Under the pieces are notes generated by a model. That model did not search any database, was not told where the DNA came from, and was given only the letters and a program-made list of their open reading frames with translations. A program made the position numbers and the translations under genes. From Bacteroidales bacterium (lineage in GTDB: Bacteria; Bacteroidota; Bacteroidia; Bacteroidales; UBA7960), in contig JAWLCS010000010.1 of NCBI GenBank assembly GCA_041687035.1, positions 17,624-81,623 of the forward strand: 64,000 nucleotides of DNA, written 5' to 3'. Of the stretch, positions 57,370 to 64,000 are shown piece after piece; the first letter of the stretch is position 1; each line of letters begins with the position of its first letter.

Positions 57370-58929
57370 TCAGACGGGTAGCTCGTAGAATAATGGGGCA
57401 CCGGGTCCTATTGGTAATCCGGCGGTAATCCAGATTATGAGCATAATAAGCCATCCTACTAAAAAGATGATGGTATAGGGCAACATTGTAGCCACAATAG
57501 TGCCAATGCCTGCTTTTTTGTCGTAGCGCTCGATAAATGCCACGATCATTGCAAAATACGACATCATGGGAGCAATCACGTTGGTGACGCTGTCGCCCAC
57601 GCGGTATGCCAGCTGGGTAAACTCGGGTGAGTAACCTAAAAGCATAAACATGGGAATAAATACGGGTGCCAGAATGGCCCATTTGGCGCTGGCGCTTCCT
57701 ACCACCAGGTTGATAAATGCAGCAATGAGCACCAGGGCAATCATGAGCGGTATGCGCCCCAGTCCAAGCGAACCAATTACATTGGCTCCCTTTATGGCAA
57801 AGATCAAGCCCAGATTGGTCCAGTTAAAATAGGCCACAAACTGTGCGGCAAAAAACACCAGCACGATGTAAGTGCCGAGCGTGGCCATTGATTTCCCCAT
57901 GCCATTGATCACATCATAATTGCTTTGCAGGGTTTTGGCACCTATGCCATAGGCAATACCCATAACTGCTGCCGTGAGAAAAATTATGGCCACGATACCG
58001 CTCATAAAGGGCGACCGCAACAGGCCACCCGTTTCGGGGTTGCGCATGAATCCCGTAAGGGGAATATTTTTCCAGAAACCGGCATCCACCGGGGCTGCAC
58101 TCCAAAAAAGCAACAGCACCACAACGATAAACGCCCAAAGGGCAAATTTCAGCCCACGTTTTTCCAATGCATCAATCTTCTTTATTTCTTCGGGCTTGGC
58201 ATCGCCAGTATATTTACCCAGGCGGGGCACCACAATTTTTTCGGTTACCCATGTGCCAATTATGGCAATGAAAAAAGTTGACACAAACATAAAGTAATAG
58301 TTTGCTGCCGGGTTCACGGTATACGCTTTGTCGATGATATGAGCCGCTTCCTCCGAAAGGCCAGCAAGCAAAGGGTCGATGGTTCCGAGCAGCAGGTTGG
58401 CCGAATAGCCGCCTGACACACCGGCAAAAGCTGCCGCAATACCGGCAATGGGGTTGCGCCCTACGGCCAGAAAAATCATCCCGCCAAGGGGAACCAGCAC
58501 CACGTAACCCACTTCACTGGCGGTATTGGAAAGGATACCGGCAAAAACAATGGCAAAGGTAAGCAGGCGCTTGGGAGCCGAAATTACCAGCAGACGCAGC
58601 CCGGTCGACATTAGGCCGCTGGCCTCGGTAATGCCTATACCCAGCATGGCTACCAGCACAGTACCCAGGGGGGCAAACGAAGTAAAATTGGTGACCATGT
58701 GGGTCATGATCAAGTGTAAGCCCTCCTGACTCATTAGATTAACCGGCTCTATGATTTGCCCTGTGCCGGGGTGCAATGCCGAAATGGTAAACAGCGAGGT
58801 GATGCCGCTAAGGATTATTATACCTACTGCAAAAAGCGCAAACAAAGCTCCCGGATGAGGCAGTTTGTTTCCAACGCGCTCAATCGCTCCCAATAAGCGC
58901 GATACGAATCCATTGTTGTTATCTTCCAT
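57370..58929 (-). CDS. AbgT family transporter (p-aminobenzoyl-glutamate transporter-like)
   Basis: About 519 aa, polytopic. The N-terminus [26 protein letters not shown] is typical of the AbgT family. Start moved to ATG 58929. Confidence 0.75.
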   Translation of the reverse strand: MEDNNNGFVSRLLGAIERVGNKLPHPGALFALFAVGIIILSGITSLFTISALHPGTGQIIEPVNLMSQEGLHLIMTHMVTNFTSFAPLGTVLVAMLGIGITEASGLMSTGLRLLVISAPKRLLTFAIVFAGILSNTASEVGYVVLVPLGGMIFLAVGRNPIAGIAAAFAGVSGGYSANLLLGTIDPLLAGLSEEAAHIIDKAYTVNPAANYYFMFVSTFFIAIIGTWVTEKIVVPRLGKYTGDAKPEEIKKIDALEKRGLKFALWAFIVVVLLLFWSAAPVDAGFWKNIPLTGFMRNPETGGLLRSPFMSGIVAIIFLTAAVMGIAYGIGAKTLQSNYDVINGMGKSMATLGTYIVLVFFAAQFVAYFNWTNLGLIFAIKGANVIGSLGLGRIPLMIALVLIAAFINLVVGSASAKWAILAPVFIPMFMLLGYSPEFTQLAYRVGDSVTNVIAPMMSYFAMIVAFIERYDKKAGIGTIVATMLPYTIIFLVGWLIMLIIWITAGLPIGPGAPLFYELPV

Positions 58930-59050
58930 AAAATTTGTGATTAGAAAAGCTACAGACAGCATTCTACCTGCCTAACTACAAAATATAAAAAACGTGATGT
59001 GTTGAGTTTAAATTTTTAGACAATTATGCAAAAAAAATAACAGCAACTGT

Positions 59051-59995
59051 TCACATGCCCCACAGACGCCCCTGCCAGGTGTTGCGTTCCAGCATCTTTT
59101 TCTCAATAAGATTAATCACCTGGTCGCTACGCAAACCGCCCCAGTTTTTGCCGGCATTGAATGCAGGAGGCACTTCTCCTGAAAACCGCTCAATGCTAAT
59201 GCCAGGCCTTAGCCTTTCTACGAAAAAAACGATAAAATCAACATACTCCTCCACGGTAAAAAGATGGAAATGCTCCGGGTGCTCGGCATATTCGAGGGCC
59301 ATGGGGGTTCCTTTTACGATTTGCAGCTGATGAAATTTAATAGTGTTGATGGGTAAATTCGAAAGCATTGCGGCCTGATCGAGCATTTGAATGCGGTCTT
59401 CGCCCGGCAGGCCAAAAATAATATGCACCCCGGTATGCAGCCCCCGCAAGGCGGTCAGCTCAATGGCCTTTACACTCTGCTCGAAGGTATGCCCGCGGTT
59501 TACCCTGAGGAGGGTTTTATTGTAGCACGATTCAAGGCCGTACTCCACCGTAATAAAAAAATCTCTGTCGAGGCTGGCAAAATAATCCAGCTTTTCCTCA
59601 TCCACACAATCCGGGCGCGTGCCAATGGCCAGTCCGCGAATTTGGGGATGCGACAAGGCCTGCTCATAAATGGATTTTAGGTGCTGAAGCGAACCATGAG
59701 TGTTGGTATAGGCCTGGAAATAGGCCACAAAAATTTCGGGGTTCTTGTAGCGCTTCTTCAGAAAACTAATTCCTTGGGCAAGTTGCTGCAGAATTGGTTT
59801 CTCTGGGTGGCAGTAAGAGGGACTGAAACCTTCGTTGTTGCAAAAAGTGCACCCTCCGGTTCCTACCTTACCATCGCGGTTGGGGCAGGTAAATCCGGCA
59901 TTTACCGAAACTCGCTGCACGCGGCTTCCATATAGCTGCTTGCATTGGTCGGCCCATGAGTTGAATCTTCTTGTATTGCCCCAGGGAAAGATCAA
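59051..59995 (-). CDS. radical SAM protein, TIGR01212 (YhcC)-like
   Basis: 314 aa with GFTCPNRDGKVGTGGCTFCN, the atypical Cys spacing typical of this family. Confidence 0.75.
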   Translation of the reverse strand: MIFPWGNTRRFNSWADQCKQLYGSRVQRVSVNAGFTCPNRDGKVGTGGCTFCNNEGFSPSYCHPEKPILQQLAQGISFLKKRYKNPEIFVAYFQAYTNTHGSLQHLKSIYEQALSHPQIRGLAIGTRPDCVDEEKLDYFASLDRDFFITVEYGLESCYNKTLLRVNRGHTFEQSVKAIELTALRGLHTGVHIIFGLPGEDRIQMLDQAAMLSNLPINTIKFHQLQIVKGTPMALEYAEHPEHFHLFTVEEYVDFIVFFVERLRPGISIERFSGEVPPAFNAGKNWGGLRSDQVINLIEKKMLERNTWQGRLWGM

Positions 59996-60166
59996 AACGG
60001 CTTCTTTTTTACAAAAGTAAAATAAATAAATCTTTACTTATTTTTGTTTATTAATTTAATTTTATGTTTACATATTCATTTGTATTTCAACCTATTAAAA
60101 CATATAATTTGTTTTTTACTATATATTTTTTACCTTTGCAAATCTAAATGTCTGTAAAAAAATCTA

Positions 60167-61591
60167 ATGCATTTTATTGATCTGCTCATTTTTTCCGTTT
60201 ACATGCTTGCAGTAATCGGGATTGGAGTACGTTTTCTCATCCTGAATAAGGGCATTGAAGACTATTATGTGGGTGGCCGAAAAATTGGAAGCTGGCATAT
60301 TGGGCTTTCGGTTGTTGCCACCGATGTGGGCGGAGGTTTTTCAATTGGACTGGGAGGTCTTGGGTTTATTATGGGCATTGCAGGCTCATGGATGCTATTT
60401 ACCGGTTTGCTTGGCGCCTGGCTTAGCGCCGTTTTACTTATCCCCAGGGTGAAAAAGCTGGAGCAAACAAAAAGTTTCTTTACCTTTCCACAATTCTTGG
60501 GTAGTTTTTACAACCAGCGTGTTGCCCTTATGGCAGGAATCATTTCGGCCGTTGGTTACCTTGGCTTTACCAGTTCACAAATACTTGCAGGAGCCAAACT
60601 GGCCTCCGCCACTTTTATTCAACTCGACATTCAAACGGCCATGATCATAATGGGCGTTATTGTGATCGTTTACACATCCATGGGTGGCATTAAAGCCGTT
60701 ATTTACACTGATACCATACAGTGGATTATTTTAATGGTCGGCCTTATTTTTATTGGTATCCCGGTGGCATTTTTAAGTGTGGGGGGCATGGAAGGTATCA
60801 GGGCTGCGCTGCCGCCCGAATTTTTCAGCCTGGCCAACATTAGCTGGCAACAATTGCTCAACTGGGGGGTGACCATTATTCCAATTTGGTTTGTGGGCAT
60901 GACTCTGTACCAGCGCATTTATGCATCGCGCAACAAGCGCGATGCACAAAAAGCCTGGTTTGTTGCGGGCCTTTTCGAATGGCCCATTATGGCCTTTATG
61001 GGCGTTTTGCTGGGCTTATTTGCCCGCGTGGCTGTTTCGCAAGGATTGTTTGAGTACCTTGGATATGGAGCCGCCAGCGAAATTGATGCTGAAATGGGTT
61101 TGCCGTTGTTGCTCCGGACTGTTTTGCCCGTTGGGCTAATGGGTCTAATGATGGCTGCTTATTTTTCGGCCATTATGTCTACTGCCGACAGCTGTCTGAT
61201 GGCTTCTTCGGGGAATTTTCTCACGGACATCCTCTCGAGGTGGACCAAGAATATTACCGGAAAGAAAAGATTTCTGCTTATTTCCCAGGGACTTACCCTG
61301 GTACTCGGAGTGCTGGCTTTGCTGCTGGCCTCTGTAATGCCCAACGTCCTTGAATTGATGCTGTATAGTTATGCTTTTATGGTCTCCGGATTGTTCGTGC
61401 CTGTAATTGGCGCCCTTTTTATGAAAAACCCATCGAACGCCGCTGCATTCTGGGCCATGTTGCTGGGCGGCGGCACCACCATTACCCTGATTGCCGGCAG
61501 CTGGAACCTGCCATTGGGACTGGATGCCAACATTTTTGGCATTAGCATCTCCTTTTTTACCTTTTTAATTATTAACTTGCTAAAAAAATAA
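60167..61591 (+). CDS. sodium:solute symporter (SSS) family transporter
   Basis: 474 aa with about 13 TM helices. YYVGGRK..W near the N-terminus and GG.KAV..TD resemble the SSS family. Confidence 0.7.
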   Translation: MHFIDLLIFSVYMLAVIGIGVRFLILNKGIEDYYVGGRKIGSWHIGLSVVATDVGGGFSIGLGGLGFIMGIAGSWMLFTGLLGAWLSAVLLIPRVKKLEQTKSFFTFPQFLGSFYNQRVALMAGIISAVGYLGFTSSQILAGAKLASATFIQLDIQTAMIIMGVIVIVYTSMGGIKAVIYTDTIQWIILMVGLIFIGIPVAFLSVGGMEGIRAALPPEFFSLANISWQQLLNWGVTIIPIWFVGMTLYQRIYASRNKRDAQKAWFVAGLFEWPIMAFMGVLLGLFARVAVSQGLFEYLGYGAASEIDAEMGLPLLLRTVLPVGLMGLMMAAYFSAIMSTADSCLMASSGNFLTDILSRWTKNITGKKRFLLISQGLTLVLGVLALLLASVMPNVLELMLYSYAFMVSGLFVPVIGALFMKNPSNAAAFWAMLLGGGTTITLIAGSWNLPLGLDANIFGISISFFTFLIINLLKK

Positions 61592-61598
61592 TCACATT

Positions 61599-62036
61599 AT
61601 GAATTACCTGATTTACACTCCAAAGGATAATATTTCTCATGCTCAGAAAAAAGAAGTAGCTGATTTTCTTTTTGAGCACCTCGATCAGTTTGGCGACGAG
61701 CATGGGGCCATTATGCGCTGTATCGACTTTGCCATGGACGAAGAAACCAAATTTGGTGGCTTTCTTGTTGTGGCTAAAGAAAACGAAAAAGTGGCCGGAG
61801 CCGTTGTGGTAAACAAAACCGGTATGGCTGGCTACATTCCGGAAAACATCCTGGTTTATATTGCCGTGCACAAAAATTACCGCGGCAAAGGGCTTGGAAA
61901 AACCCTGATGCAAAAAACCTTCGACCAGGCCGAAGGAAGTATTAAGTTGCACGTGGAGCCCGAAAATCCCGCCCGTTTCCTTTACGAAAAACTTGGATTT
62001 ACCAGCAAATACCTTGAAATGCGCCTAATGCGCTAA
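61599..62036 (+). CDS. GNAT family N-acetyltransferase
   Basis: 145 aa. IAVHKNYRGKGLGKTLM is the acetyl-CoA binding motif A (R/Q-x-x-G-x-G/A). Confidence 0.7.
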   Translation: MNYLIYTPKDNISHAQKKEVADFLFEHLDQFGDEHGAIMRCIDFAMDEETKFGGFLVVAKENEKVAGAVVVNKTGMAGYIPENILVYIAVHKNYRGKGLGKTLMQKTFDQAEGSIKLHVEPENPARFLYEKLGFTSKYLEMRLMR

Positions 62037-62049
62037 TTCCCAAAAAATA

Positions 62050-63123
62050 ATGGCAGAAATTAGTTTAAGTCGAAGCAAGCTCCGGCACAATTTTGAATTC
62101 CTGCAAAACCTGCTGGAAAGTAACAATATTGAATGGGGCATTGTTTCGAAACTGCTCTGTGGCAACAAGCTATTCCTGAAGGAGCTCATCGAATTAGGTG
62201 TGAAGGAATTACACGACTCACGCATCAGTAATCTGAAGCACATAAAGCAGCTCAATCCAGAGGTTCAAACGGTTTATATTAAGCCTCCGCCCCGGCGCAG
62301 CATCCGCAGCCTTGTAAAATATGCCGATGTTAGCTTCAATACCGATTATCACACGCTGGAACTGATCTCGAAAGAGGCTGAAAAACAGGGAAGACAGCAC
62401 AAAGCCATTATCATGGTTGAAATGGGCGACTTGCGCGAAGGAGTTTTGGGCGAAAACCTGGTGGAGTTCTACGAAAAGGTTTTCCGTTTGCCAAACCTGG
62501 AAATCATTGGTTTGGGCACCAACCTCAACTGCCTTTATGGGGTAATGCCATCGCACGACAAATTGGTGCAGCTGAGCCTTTACAAGCAAATCATCGAGCT
62601 GAGGTTCAACAAAAAAATAAAATGGATCTCGGGTGGCTCTTCGGTTACCATTCCCCTGCTTTTTAAAAAACAAATCCCGCCCGGAGTTAACCACCTGCGG
62701 GTTGGCGAAACCCTGTTTTTTGGGGCCAACCTGTTTACGGGCAAAACCATCAAAGGCATGAAGGACGATGTGATCACCACCCGGGCCGAGATCATCGAAT
62801 TGCAGGAGAAGCCGCTGGTGCCCGAGGGCGTGATGCAGGAAAACCCTTCAGGGGAAACCTATGAGATAAAAAACGAAGACTACGGAAAAACTTCTTGCAG
62901 GGCTTTGCTCGATATTGGCTTGCTGGATATTACTCCAGATTTTCTGATACCACAGGATAAAAGTCTTAAAATTGCCGGAGCCAGCTCAGACATTCTGGTA
63001 ATTGACCTGGGTACCAACCCGAAAAAATACAAGGTGGGTGACTACATCAAGTTCAAGCTGAAGTATATGGGGGCTTTGGGCCTCTTCAACTCCGACTATA
63101 TTGTTAAGAAAGTGGAAGACTGA
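62050..63123 (+). CDS. alanine/ornithine racemase family PLP-dependent enzyme (YhfX-like)
   Basis: 357 aa with an alanine racemase N-terminal TIM-barrel pattern (GIVSKLLCGN candidate PLP Lys; VEMGDLREG; RVGE). Confidence 0.65.
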   Translation: MAEISLSRSKLRHNFEFLQNLLESNNIEWGIVSKLLCGNKLFLKELIELGVKELHDSRISNLKHIKQLNPEVQTVYIKPPPRRSIRSLVKYADVSFNTDYHTLELISKEAEKQGRQHKAIIMVEMGDLREGVLGENLVEFYEKVFRLPNLEIIGLGTNLNCLYGVMPSHDKLVQLSLYKQIIELRFNKKIKWISGGSSVTIPLLFKKQIPPGVNHLRVGETLFFGANLFTGKTIKGMKDDVITTRAEIIELQEKPLVPEGVMQENPSGETYEIKNEDYGKTSCRALLDIGLLDITPDFLIPQDKSLKIAGASSDILVIDLGTNPKKYKVGDYIKFKLKYMGALGLFNSDYIVKKVED

Positions 63124-63594
63124 TTAGCGAATTCGGTCGGCTGAGCGCACCAGTTCTTCATCCCTTTTTATAGCCCGATTCGCCATTAAAATCAAGATCA
63201 TGGACACAAGCGGAAGGACAATCCCTGCTCCATAACTAAAGGGTAAATTGGGCAAGTGATCGCGCCACTGATCAACAAAAAAGAATGCAGTAACCACCAG
63301 GCCAACGTGCAACAAAATATTTAATTTTCCAAGTTGAATTTGGTACATCCGGCGCTTGAACTGAAAAATAGAAAACACGGTAAGCACCATAATGCCAAAC
63401 ACCAGGATTAAAAGCACATAACCATACCAGGCCTGGCCGAACTCTTCTGGAATATTTGCAGAAGCATCGATGCCCGTTGCTTTAAGAAGAATTTTCAAAC
63501 CTTCAAGGTCGAACTTCCCAAGCGGCAGAAACACAAAAAGCACAGCAAAAACAAATACCAGGGTAAGAAAAACAGACTGAATGCGCTGAAGCAT
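63124..63594 (-). CDS. DUF4293-like membrane protein
   Basis: 156 aa with 4 TM helices. The MLQRIQSVFL N-terminus resembles DUF4293, by memory. Confidence 0.5.
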   Translation of the reverse strand: MLQRIQSVFLTLVFVFAVLFVFLPLGKFDLEGLKILLKATGIDASANIPEEFGQAWYGYVLLILVFGIMVLTVFSIFQFKRRMYQIQLGKLNILLHVGLVVTAFFFVDQWRDHLPNLPFSYGAGIVLPLVSMILILMANRAIKRDEELVRSADRIR

Positions 63595-63932
63595 AGTTTT
63601 GAGATTTAGGGGGTTCAGGATTATGCAAAAGTAAAAAAATGTTCAATATCAAAAATATTAACTCCTTTTACAATGCCCGCGGGCTTAAAAAAGCGTATTA
63701 TTTTTTTGTAATTCGAATTATATTTATATTTGCACTTCAATTCCTTCGTTCGTTTCTGAATTTTTCTTTTAAATAATACCTTAAGCCTTTGTTTATATCA
63801 GGTTGCAGCCCCGGCTGATGCGCTTTAAATGTGCATGGTCAAATTTCATGCTAACTCAAATCTCCCGGTTTATTTGTTTTTAATTTAAAAGGAAATCCTA
63901 AAAAAAGAATAATCATTTTATCACAATAATAT

Positions 63933-64000
63933 ATGTACGACATTGTTGCATTGAACAGTAAGCTGCTCACCGAGCTCCGCGAAATCGCCAAGGAGCTGAA
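63933..64000 (+). CDS. rho: transcription termination factor Rho (first 22 codons; runs off the window)
   Basis: Own translation from ATG 63933: MYDIVALNSKLLTELREIAKEL, which resembles the Rho N-terminal helix bundle of Bacteroidota. Very short fragment. Confidence 0.55.
   Translation, partial: MYDIVALNSKLLTELREIAKEL

Noticed and set aside
57192-57401. 69-aa minus-strand ORF in the AT-rich gap after the AbgT gene
   Set aside because: The region is AT-rich, it overlaps the 3' end of the AbgT gene, and the hydrophobic composition is what poly-T/A-rich DNA yields. No conservation evidence is available.

Overview
This 64 kb window looks like a chromosomal segment of a Bacteroidota-type genome. 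Supporting signs are T9SS C-terminal sorting tails on secreted proteins, TAnnTTTG -7 promoter boxes upstream of several genes, and serC-serA-DUF1015 synteny. I count about 55 protein-coding genes. Most are housekeeping: tsaC, kdsA, xerD, ligA, rpsA, lon, rpmE2, serC, a serA-like gene, pcm, aroB, aroA and the start of rho. I saw no rRNA, tRNA, CRISPR array, transposase or prophage. One clear cis-regulatory RNA is present, a cobalamin riboswitch at about 15130-15310 in front of a BtuB-like TonB-dependent receptor. Several intrinsic terminators are visible. The best candidate for an undescribed system is at about 11.3-15.1 kb. An ArsM-like SAM methyltransferase is followed by a 35-aa Cys-rich ORF that the ORF track omits (MKSFIKKEKKEKVQEKVKQAQCCAKTSSSPAGCHD). 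After that come a hairpin with a T-run, a radical SAM enzyme with a complete SPASM domain, and a 512-aa polytopic membrane protein. This is RiPP-cluster grammar, but the peptide and enzyme combination is one I do not recognise. Secondary observations include a T9SS cargo pair (a 1213-aa multidomain protein with an internal module duplication, plus an endonuclease I) and a DUF1338 (HglS-like) gene next to a YdiJ-like gene. Others are an S1 protein with acidic tandem-repeat extensions, a pcm gene 1 nt upstream of a membrane-embedded spermidine-synthase-like gene, and three tandem-USP paralogues. All family calls come from motifs read by eye in the supplied translations. No database search was run, and hand-counted motif coordinates may be off by a few nucleotides.
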